A stretch of 64,000 bases of DNA. Origin: an uncultured Algimonas sp. (GTDB lineage Bacteria > Pseudomonadota > Alphaproteobacteria > Caulobacterales > Maricaulaceae). Positions within the stretch are counted from its first letter, which is position 1. Every line of letters begins with the position of its first letter. Both the position numbers and the translations under genes were made by a program. Below the pieces are notes generated by a model, which ran no database searches, was not told where the DNA came from, and was given only the letters and a program-made list of their open reading frames with translations. The stretch is from NCBI GenBank assembly GCA_964425355.1, contig CAYRMO010000001.1, positions 13,029 through 77,028 of the forward strand, read 5' to 3'. Positions 20,167 through 28,393 of this stretch are shown here, one piece after another.

Positions 20167-21295
20167 GACGCCTTTGGCGGTATATGTCCATTGGCCCTAT
20201 TGCGCGCGCATATGCCCTTATTGCGATTTCAATGTCTATAAGCGCAAAGCTGATGATGGGCTAATACCCGCTATTTTGACCGACCTCTCTTATTGGCGAG
20301 AGCGATCCGGTCCCAGGCAGATCACCTCTATTCACTTTGGCGGCGGGACCCCATCCCTTATGACGCCCAGTCAAATTAGAGCCGTAATTGATCACGTGAA
20401 CCTACTCTGGGGGTTTGATGATATTGAGATTGCTCTGGAGGCTAATCCTAATGACGCCAGCAACGGAGACTATAAGGCCTATGCGACCGCGGGCATTAGT
20501 CGGCTCTCACTTGGCGTGCAGAGCTTTGATGATGAAGGGCTTAAAAAACTAGGCCGCGAGCACACGACAGATCAGGCAATAGCCGCAATTGATCAGGCCT
20601 TAAATGATTTTGCCTCGGTTTCTGCAGATCTTATTTTTGGGTGGCACGGACAGTCAGAACAAGACCTCAAACATGATTTGGATATTTTGCTAGGCAAAGG
20701 TGTGCACCATATCTCAACTTATCAACTGACGATTGAACCCGGCACCGCCTTTGCCAAAGCTGAGGCACGGGGCGAAGCACGCGCTATTGGACCAGACCAG
20801 TCTGCCGCGTTTTATGATTATGTCAGGGATAGGCTTTGCCAGTCCGGCTTTGATCACTATGAGGTTTCAAATTTTGCAATACCCAATCATCAATCCCGGC
20901 ACAATCTCGCTTACTGGCGGGGCTATGATTATGTTGGTGTGGGGCCTGGCGCGCATGGACGATTGAGCTTAGGTGATGAAAAAGAAGCGATGATTGCCCA
21001 TATGCGACCCCTAAATTATAAGGCAGGGGTCTCTCAAAATGGACATGGGATTGATAAATGCGACCAGCTTACGTCTCAGGAACGCGCGGAAGAATATCTT
21101 TTAATGGGATTGCGGATTGAGGAGGGTATCTCGCTTAAAACATATTCTCAATATGCCGATCAGCCACTTGATGACGACCTTATGGCTGAGCTGATCGAAA
21201 CAGGTTTTCTAAGTCGCGATGCGGATCGTCTTATGGCGACCCCAGCCGGACGTTTGGTCCTAAACCATATTACGGAGCGGTTGCTTTTGGGATAA
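20159..21295 (+). CDS. hemW: Radical SAM heme chaperone
   Basis: YVHWPYCARICPYCDFN, FGGGTPS, HNLAYW; follows rdgB. Confidence 0.92.
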   Translation: MDKTPLAVYVHWPYCARICPYCDFNVYKRKADDGLIPAILTDLSYWRERSGPRQITSIHFGGGTPSLMTPSQIRAVIDHVNLLWGFDDIEIALEANPNDASNGDYKAYATAGISRLSLGVQSFDDEGLKKLGREHTTDQAIAAIDQALNDFASVSADLIFGWHGQSEQDLKHDLDILLGKGVHHISTYQLTIEPGTAFAKAEARGEARAIGPDQSAAFYDYVRDRLCQSGFDHYEVSNFAIPNHQSRHNLAYWRGYDYVGVGPGAHGRLSLGDEKEAMIAHMRPLNYKAGVSQNGHGIDKCDQLTSQERAEEYLLMGLRIEEGISLKTYSQYADQPLDDDLMAELIETGFLSRDADRLMATPAGRLVLNHITERLLLG

Positions 21296-21319
21296 AGCTT
21301 ATCCTACCGCAGCCCAGCC

Positions 21320-21784
21320 TTAGCTTTGGGCTTGAATATAGTTCTGAATGCCAACCAATTTGATTTGGTCTTGTTGCGTCTCAAGAAAATCCAAATGCTC
21401 TTCTTCACTGGTTAGGATTTTTGCCATGAGATCACGTGTCACATAATCCTTGATCTCTTCACAATGGGTGATGGCTTCGCGAAGAAGCGGGATCGCAATA
21501 TGTTCGAGCTTAACATCGCATTCGATAATTTCCTCGACCGTTTCGCCGATCATTAATTTACCCATATCCTGAAGGTTGGGTAGACCTTTGAGAAATAAGA
21601 CGCGTTCAATGATCCAGTCGGCATGGTTCATTTCATCAATCGATTCTTGATATTCCTTCTCGGCTAATTTCAAGACACCCCAATCTTTGAGGATTCGAGA
21701 ATGTAAAAAATACTGATTGATCGCCGTCAGCTCATTTTTGAGCGCTTTGTTTAGGAATTCGATCGTTTTAGGGTTTCCACGCAT
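21320..21784 (-). CDS. bfr: Bacterioferritin
   Basis: ELTAINQYFLH, EMNHAD, EEEH ferroxidase ligands. Confidence 0.95.
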   Translation of the reverse strand: MRGNPKTIEFLNKALKNELTAINQYFLHSRILKDWGVLKLAEKEYQESIDEMNHADWIIERVLFLKGLPNLQDMGKLMIGETVEEIIECDVKLEHIAIPLLREAITHCEEIKDYVTRDLMAKILTSEEEHLDFLETQQDQIKLVGIQNYIQAQS

Positions 21785-21811
21785 GGAACAGGCTCCGTCA
21801 ATTTGGGGGGC

Positions 21812-22009
21812 CTATTCCGCGACGAGTAAAATATCTTCGCCTTGTAGAGGAATCACGGCCTGTAATCTTTCATCTATAGAAGATCGGCAGGCGCCGCAAT
21901 TAAAACGTGTGCCACAGAACTTCATGACGCAGTCAGCCGTCTTGGCCCCGCATGAGGCGGCTTGGTCGACTTTTGCCGTGTTAATCTGTCTGCACACACA
22001 GTGGATCAT
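21812..22009 (-). CDS. bfd: Bacterioferritin-associated ferredoxin
   Basis: CVC ... CGAC; directly upstream of bfr. Confidence 0.85.
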   Translation of the reverse strand: MIHCVCRQINTAKVDQAASCGAKTADCVMKFCGTRFNCGACRSSIDERLQAVIPLQGEDILLVAE

Positions 22010-22027
22010 ACCCCATCATATATGCAC

Positions 22028-22046
22028 ATGCGAATGATTGTCAATA
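22028..22046. promoter_or_regulatory. Fur-box-like site upstream of bfd
   Basis: 19-bp ATGCGAATGATTGTCAATA, overlapping a minus-strand TTGACA. Confidence 0.55.
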
Positions 22047-22063
22047 ACGAGAGACAAATAAAG

Positions 22064-22079
22064 TTAATAAGGCCTTAAC
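22064..22079 (+). promoter_or_regulatory. CtrA box upstream of bfd-bfr
   Basis: TTAA-TAAGGCC-TTAAC. Confidence 0.55.
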
Positions 22080-22080
22080 G

Positions 22081-23481
22081 CTAACTTCCGCCCAATACTT
22101 CACGAGGTGCGGGGTCTAGGACAACGAATTTTCCGTTTTGAATGCGGTAAACCGCTAATCCGCGTTCTGGCCGGCCATCAGGCCCAAAGCTTACAAGGCC
22201 GTCCACACCATAAAATCCAGATGGGTTTTCTGCGCGCGCAAACCGTCCGCGGGGATCACCATCTGCCACAAAGGTACCCATGACAACGGCATCATAAGCC
22301 AGACTTGCCAATCCCGTGGGTGTTTCGCCAAAGGCCCGATCATAATTTGCGCTAAAGACCGCTTGGGTGTCTTTATCGGGGCCTGCAAAAATACCACCAC
22401 CCAGGGCTGGTTCCCTTACTGTTTCAGGATCTGCCCAGCGCGACGTTCCGATAAATTGAACATCGGCAGGATCGACTTCGTAATAGGGTAGAAGTGGAGC
22501 AAGAGATCTTAAGGGTGTTCCGCCTTCTGGCAGAAGAATAGCTTCGAAACTCATGGGAGTTAAGCCTCCATTGGCTTCGGCCAAGGTTTCGCCTTCCGCG
22601 TGAAATGCGGCGAGTCGTTGAGCGGGCGCCTGCATGACAGAAATATCATTGCCCTTATAGGTTTCTGCGGCTGTGATTTCTCCGCCAATGGCTTGGATGC
22701 GTGACGCATATGCGTTTCTCACGCGATTTCCATAGGCACTATCTGGCCCTAAATATGCAAAACGCGTTGTGCCTGTTGTCGCAATATAGTCGACAATCCG
22801 ATTGATTTCCGCTTCGGGCGGGAAAGACATAAGATAGGTTCCATTCCCAGCAACCCGTTGGTCATTTGAGAAGGCGATCACGGGCACATTGGCGCGGCGC
22901 GCTTCACGTGACGACGCATTCACATTGGAAGCAATGATCGGCCCTAAAATGACATCCGCGCCAGCCTGAATAGCCGCGCGTGTTGCCGAGCGGGCGCCTT
23001 CTTCAGTCCCTTTTGTATCTAAGGCGATCAGTAACACATCAGGATTTGGATTGTTAAAGACCGCTAATTCCGCTGCGCGGTACATAGATTGGGCTTCTTG
23101 CGCCAAGCGGGTTGATTGCGTTGAAAAGGGCAAGAGTATTGCCAGTCTTTTTGTATTGCGTCCCACCATATGCGGCGGCGTCAAACCTTGACGATTGTTA
23201 AAATAGGGACCGGTCGCGATTTGTGGCGCTTCCGTGTCCGCATCCTTGGCCTCAGATTCGAGTTCGACATTTGCTTCAGTCGGCGGTTCAACCTCTTCAG
23301 AGATCTCCGTTTCAGTTTCTGTTTGAACAGGTGTCTGCGTCGGTACGGGTTGCTGTGCGACTGGGACACGAGTGGTCGTCGGCGCCGGCGGTTGTGTCGA
23401 GGCACAGGCGACCAAGGTCAGCGTGCAAAGGCTCAGAATGAGATATTTCAAACTCTGGCCAAATGAGTTTAACTGAGGCAT
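22081..23481 (-). CDS. Penicillin-binding protein activator lipoprotein (LpoA/LppC-like)
   Basis: LVAC lipobox, AILLP, ILGP, LAYDA periplasmic-binding fold; divergent from rsmI; GGAG before ATG 23481. Confidence 0.8.
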   Translation of the reverse strand: MPQLNSFGQSLKYLILSLCTLTLVACASTQPPAPTTTRVPVAQQPVPTQTPVQTETETEISEEVEPPTEANVELESEAKDADTEAPQIATGPYFNNRQGLTPPHMVGRNTKRLAILLPFSTQSTRLAQEAQSMYRAAELAVFNNPNPDVLLIALDTKGTEEGARSATRAAIQAGADVILGPIIASNVNASSREARRANVPVIAFSNDQRVAGNGTYLMSFPPEAEINRIVDYIATTGTTRFAYLGPDSAYGNRVRNAYASRIQAIGGEITAAETYKGNDISVMQAPAQRLAAFHAEGETLAEANGGLTPMSFEAILLPEGGTPLRSLAPLLPYYEVDPADVQFIGTSRWADPETVREPALGGGIFAGPDKDTQAVFSANYDRAFGETPTGLASLAYDAVVMGTFVADGDPRGRFARAENPSGFYGVDGLVSFGPDGRPERGLAVYRIQNGKFVVLDPAPREVLGGS

Positions 23482-23525
23482 GTTGGCTCCAATTTGCAAT
23501 GCGCTGATGCGCAAAGGATTCATTT

Positions 23526-24404
23526 GTGTCTAAGCCGCCAGTCCAATTGTCGCAACACCTAAGAGGCGAGTTTAATGCAGAGCTTGCACCTGGATTGTAC
23601 GTTGTAGCCACTCCAATCGGCAATTTACGAGATATTTCACTACGCGCCCTCGATATTTTGACCTCGGTTGATCAAATTTTAGCCGAAGATACGCGACAAA
23701 CGGCCAAACTCCTTGACGCTTATGACATTCAAGCCAAACTGACAGCCTATCATGACCATAATGTGGCAGGGCGCATCCCTCAGGTGATAGATTGGTTGTC
23801 TCAAGGGCGCTCAGTCGCCTTGGTTTCAGATGCGGGAACACCCTTGGTGTCAGACCCTGGCTATAAATTGGTACGAGAGGCTGTTGCCGGGGGATATGAA
23901 GTTTTTCCTGTTCCAGGTGCTTCTGCGCCATTGGCAGCACTCGTCAAATCTGGATTACCGTCAGACCGCTTTTTATTTGCTGGGTTTTTGCCACCCAAAA
24001 CCTCCGCGCGTAAAAAAGCATTAGACGAGCTTGCAGCTATTCGTGCGACACTGATCCTCTTTGAAACAGGTCCACGGATCAAAGCCTGTTTGAAAGATAT
24101 TGATGAGGTTTTGGGAGACCGCGAACTTGTCCTGACTCGCGAAATCACCAAAAAATATGAAGAAGCTCGACAGGGTACCGCAAAGGCCTTGATCGATTCT
24201 GTCGTGAGTGACCCGCCAAAAGGCGAGATTGTACTTTTGATCGCCCCACCCAGTTCGGAAAGTCGGTGGGACGCGGCAAAAATAACTGAGGCTCTGACAA
24301 TAGAGATCGCGGAGCTCGGTGTGAAACGTGCGAGCGCGAAAGTCGCGCAAGCCTCGGGTTGGGCCAAGCGGGACGTCTATAATCTGGCGTTAAAGCTCAA
24401 ATGA
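23526..24404 (+). CDS. rsmI: 16S rRNA C1402 2'-O-methyltransferase
   Basis: VATPIGNL, AEDTR, SDAGTPLVSDPG, REITKKYEE. Confidence 0.95.
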   Translation: MSKPPVQLSQHLRGEFNAELAPGLYVVATPIGNLRDISLRALDILTSVDQILAEDTRQTAKLLDAYDIQAKLTAYHDHNVAGRIPQVIDWLSQGRSVALVSDAGTPLVSDPGYKLVREAVAGGYEVFPVPGASAPLAALVKSGLPSDRFLFAGFLPPKTSARKKALDELAAIRATLILFETGPRIKACLKDIDEVLGDRELVLTREITKKYEEARQGTAKALIDSVVSDPPKGEIVLLIAPPSSESRWDAAKITEALTIEIAELGVKRASAKVAQASGWAKRDVYNLALKLK

Positions 24405-24787
24405 GCGCCCGAACGCGCCAGCAAAATGAAGCGGAAGGACGAAAAGCCGAGAAACATGTCGCGCGTTATTTAAAGCGTCGCGGCTGGGTTATGTTAGAGC
24501 AGCGGTTCAAAACGGCTGAAGGTGAGGTGGATCTGATTGCAAGACGGGGCAAAATAATCGCCTTTATTGAGGTCAAACAGCGCGAAACGATGCCGACGAA
24601 AGAGGATCTTCTGAGCGCGTCTAATGTGGAACGTGTCATGGCTGCGGCCGAGATTTGGGTGAACCGGCATTTCGAAACCTTGCCTCAGGACTTTGAAATC
24701 CGCTTTGATTTGGCTGCGATTAAGGGATTTGTGGGTCCCCTGTCCAAAGTTTCATATATTCCTAATGCCTTTCGTGGAGATTGGTAA
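24401..24787 (+). CDS. yraN: YraN family putative endonuclease
   Basis: GEVDLIA, FIEVK, RFD; follows rsmI. Confidence 0.9.
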   Translation: MSARTRQQNEAEGRKAEKHVARYLKRRGWVMLEQRFKTAEGEVDLIARRGKIIAFIEVKQRETMPTKEDLLSASNVERVMAAAEIWVNRHFETLPQDFEIRFDLAAIKGFVGPLSKVSYIPNAFRGDW

Positions 24788-24821
24788 TAACTCGTTCACC
24801 ATGTTTCTCTATTCTAAAGGC

Positions 24822-25805
24822 ATGAAAAACTGGCTAAAATTAACAACAACACTCATTCTTGCATCTTCTCTTACGGGCTGTGCCTTGGCGACGGCGGGAA
24901 TCAAGAAGGGCGATGAGCGTAGTTTCACTGGCTCACTTCGCGATATTAACGCGGGCCGAGCGATTGAAGCTAGAATGAAACGGGCTCATGATTTCAAGCT
25001 ATCTGGTATTGATGTTGAAGTGGCTGAAAAAGTCGTTCTCCTGTCCGGTAATGTTCCGACACAGCAAGACAAGATTGAAGCCACACGTATTGCCTGGTCA
25101 GCACCTGGCATTGAACAAGTTGGCAATGAGATCCTAATCAAAGGTAAGCAATCCTTCCTGCGCAATACTAAAGATGGCGTTCTCGAGAAATCAGTTCGGA
25201 CACGTCTGACGGTCGATAAATATGTCAAAGCGCGCAATTTTAATGTCGAGACACATGATGGTATTGTTTATCTTTTAGGCGTCGCGCGGACAGAGGATGA
25301 GCTTAAGCGCGCCGCTGAAATTGCCGCGACCACCAAAGGGGCTCGTGAAGTTATATCTTATGTGAAACTCGCGGATTTGCCGGATCAAACCCAGCAATTT
25401 GCCTCTGTTCCACAAATCCAAGGTTCACAAATTCAGGGCGCCGCACCTCAATTGGCGGTGCCGCAACAACGCGCACTTCCTGATTTTTTAACAACATCGC
25501 CCGGCGGAATTGAACAAGCGCCTGCGCCGATACAAAACTTACCTCTTTCACAGCCTATTCCGTTTGAGTTACCATCAGAAGTCGTTCAAGCCGTCCCGTC
25601 TACGCCGCAACATTTTGATATGGGAGACCGGTTGGGTAAAGACTTGCCAACAGACGAACAATTAGGGGCCTTCCGCACAGGCCAAGCTGGCGAGGCTATC
25701 TCTATTATCGAATCTGACCCATATTATATCGATCCCGATACAGGTGAACAAATTCCTGTGAGATTTGATGAAAATGGGAATTTTGTACCGAAGATTGTTC
25801 GGTAG
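24822..25805 (+). CDS. Dual BON-domain lipoprotein (DolP-like) with long C-terminal tail
   Basis: LTGC lipobox, VLLSG and VYLLG BON motifs; rsmI-yraN synteny. Confidence 0.8.
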   Translation: MKNWLKLTTTLILASSLTGCALATAGIKKGDERSFTGSLRDINAGRAIEARMKRAHDFKLSGIDVEVAEKVVLLSGNVPTQQDKIEATRIAWSAPGIEQVGNEILIKGKQSFLRNTKDGVLEKSVRTRLTVDKYVKARNFNVETHDGIVYLLGVARTEDELKRAAEIAATTKGAREVISYVKLADLPDQTQQFASVPQIQGSQIQGAAPQLAVPQQRALPDFLTTSPGGIEQAPAPIQNLPLSQPIPFELPSEVVQAVPSTPQHFDMGDRLGKDLPTDEQLGAFRTGQAGEAISIIESDPYYIDPDTGEQIPVRFDENGNFVPKIVR

Positions 25806-25809
25806 GATC

Positions 25810-26748
25810 TCAAACCCCCAAACACCATCTGATCACCGCTTTTTGCGCGTGTAACCGGTTTTCGGCTTCGTCCCACACGGCGCTTTGCTTGCCTTCTAGG
25901 ACCTTCGTTGTCATTTCTTGTCCGCGATAAGCCGGAAGGCAATGCAGGAAGGTAGCTTTGGGCGCAGCTGATTTCAGGATGTTTTCATCGATCTGGAACG
26001 GGGTGAGGGCTTCGATACGTTCTGCCTTATCCATGTCGCCCATACTGACCCAGCAATCCGTGATGAGTGCGTCTGAGCCATCAGCCGCGTCTTCTCTTGT
26101 AAGACCGGTTGTGATCCGGCCTTGCTTGGCTTGCGCATCGGAAATGATCTTAGGATCAAGGCTGTAATTTTCCGGTGAGGCAATGCGCAGGCTATAACCG
26201 AAAGCCGGCGCAGCATTTACGAAACTGGCGAGAACATTATTGCCATCACCAATCCAGCTGAGTGTCATGTCTTTAAGGGGTTTGTCCTGGGTTTCCTCTA
26301 GGGTCATGAGGTCGGCCATAATTTGGCAGGGATGGTTGAAGTCAGACAGACCATTTATAACGGGCACATCACTAGAGCCTGCAAAATCTGTAATCGTGCT
26401 ATGCGCGTTAGAGCGGATCATGACCGCATCGACAAAGCGTGAGAGAACGCGGGCTGTGTCTTCGACGCTTTCACCACGACCCAATTGCATATCGTTGGTT
26501 GTTGCGACAATGGCAGAGCCGCCAAGCTGGCGCATGCCCTGTTCAAAAGAAAAACGGGTCCGGGTCGAGGCTTTCTCGAAAATCATCGCGAGCGTATGAC
26601 CGTTTAGCGGCGCCTTAGGATCACGCGCCCCTTTTGGCAGGTCTTGGCGCGCATTTTTCATTGCATGGGCCTGGTCCAAAATGCCGCGCAAATCAGCGGC
26701 AGGAATGTCAGATAGGGACAGGAAATGCTGCATGGGGGTCAAACTCAC
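25810..26748 (-). CDS. argF: Ornithine carbamoyltransferase
   Basis: STRTR, HPCQ, WVSMG, HCLP. Confidence 0.95.
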   Translation of the reverse strand: MSLTPMQHFLSLSDIPAADLRGILDQAHAMKNARQDLPKGARDPKAPLNGHTLAMIFEKASTRTRFSFEQGMRQLGGSAIVATTNDMQLGRGESVEDTARVLSRFVDAVMIRSNAHSTITDFAGSSDVPVINGLSDFNHPCQIMADLMTLEETQDKPLKDMTLSWIGDGNNVLASFVNAAPAFGYSLRIASPENYSLDPKIISDAQAKQGRITTGLTREDAADGSDALITDCWVSMGDMDKAERIEALTPFQIDENILKSAAPKATFLHCLPAYRGQEMTTKVLEGKQSAVWDEAENRLHAQKAVIRWCLGV

Positions 26749-26797
26749 GAAAACACCAAAAAGCGGCTTTAGCGAAATTACGCCCTTTTGCCAAGCC

Positions 26798-28225
26798 TTA
26801 CTGACGTTTCTTAACGCGCATCATAAGTGGTTTGGCGGGTCTGGTTGTAATGCGCATGACAGGCCAGGGATGGGGTGTCCCGTCGATCCAGTTTAGCCGT
26901 AATCGTTTAAAGATCACGGCGATCATTATGGCCGCTTCTTGCATGGCGAATTGCTGCCCTATGCAGACCCGATGTCCAAGACCAAAGGGCAAATAGGCAA
27001 ATCGCTCTATGGGCGTTGGATTGCTCGGCAAGAAACGGTCTGGAACAAAGGCGTCAGGGGTCGTCCAATGTTTGCGGTGTCTATGCAAGGCCCAAAGATT
27101 GATGAGGATGCCACAATCTTTGGGGATGTGTTTGTTGTCGATTTGATCTGCCTCAATGGCTTGTCTTGAGATAAAAGGGGCGGGCGGGTAGAGACGCATG
27201 CTCTCTTTAAAACAAGCCATTGTAAACGGCAGATGGTCGATCCAATCTTCAGACGGTGAAGACAGATCAAGATTGTCTAATTCGGCTTCAAATCTTTCGC
27301 GGTTTTTGACGTCTTGGCTCAGGAGATAGGTCATCCAAGTCAAGGCACGCGACGTCGTTTCATGTCCGGCGCCGACAAAGGTTATGATCTGATCCTCAAT
27401 TTGTGCATCGCTAAGGCTTTCGCCCGTGTCCGTCTTACTTTGTAAAATCCGTGTCAGGAGGTCCTCTGGCACATCATGACCCGCATTTAACCGTGTCCGG
27501 CGATCTTGGGCCAAGGCAATAACTTGTTTTCGAAGGCGTTTCATGGCGCCTAAACCGCGCAATTTTGAAAGTCTCGGAATCCAATTTGGAGCCATTAACA
27601 AATCAAGTGGGTTTGGCTTACCCAAAGTTGATAAAAATTTCGCAATATCTCTTAATACCTCATCTGTTTCGCCGTCAATCTCACCTGAAAATAGAGTTTC
27701 TGATAAAACCGCATAGGTGAGTTTGAGATAGGCCTCACTGATATCGAGCTCCGTATTTACGGGGAAAAGATCGTCACATAGTCGATCTGTGACGCGAACC
27801 ATGCTGGCTGCAAAGCGCTTAATGTGGCGTGGCACAAAGACAGGGCTCAGCGCCTTGCGTGCAAACTTCCAGAGATCTCCCTCGGCCGTTAATAAGCCGT
27901 CTTTTAACATGGGTTTTAAAAGGGCTTGGCGGACCGGATGTAAGCGGTAATTCGATGCATTATCGACGAAAATATAACGTATCACCTCGGATGAAGAAGC
28001 AATCATCATGGTTTGTCCCATAGCTTCGACTTGTACATCTAGCTCCGTCATTGAGATTTCGGTTGTGGCTTCGACTGGATTGCGGCTTAGCGCAAGAACG
28101 GATTCTAGATTGTCTCTAAAATCCCATTCATCAGGGTGTTTGGCGACTGGAATTGGGGCCGGTGGAACGAATAACTCATCCTCCCATTTAGGGTCTGGAC
28201 GAAATTTGTAGTCATGGCGCGCCAT
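26798..28225 (-). CDS. Cytochrome P450
   Basis: AGHETT, ESMRLYPP, PFGLGHRVCIG; AGGAGG before ATG 28225. Confidence 0.95.
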   Translation of the reverse strand: MARHDYKFRPDPKWEDELFVPPAPIPVAKHPDEWDFRDNLESVLALSRNPVEATTEISMTELDVQVEAMGQTMMIASSSEVIRYIFVDNASNYRLHPVRQALLKPMLKDGLLTAEGDLWKFARKALSPVFVPRHIKRFAASMVRVTDRLCDDLFPVNTELDISEAYLKLTYAVLSETLFSGEIDGETDEVLRDIAKFLSTLGKPNPLDLLMAPNWIPRLSKLRGLGAMKRLRKQVIALAQDRRTRLNAGHDVPEDLLTRILQSKTDTGESLSDAQIEDQIITFVGAGHETTSRALTWMTYLLSQDVKNRERFEAELDNLDLSSPSEDWIDHLPFTMACFKESMRLYPPAPFISRQAIEADQIDNKHIPKDCGILINLWALHRHRKHWTTPDAFVPDRFLPSNPTPIERFAYLPFGLGHRVCIGQQFAMQEAAIMIAVIFKRLRLNWIDGTPHPWPVMRITTRPAKPLMMRVKKRQ

Positions 28226-28393
28226 AGGCACCTCCTATAGCGCTTGTTCTATACCGGAACAAAAAACAGTCAATTGGCTTTGCGCGCATAGCGGCGTTGC
28301 GCTTCTGCAAGCCAGGTTTTACAAAAAAAACGTGATCATGATTGTAGCTGTCTGGTTAGGAAATATTAAGTATATTTCGAAATAGACCGAAGC

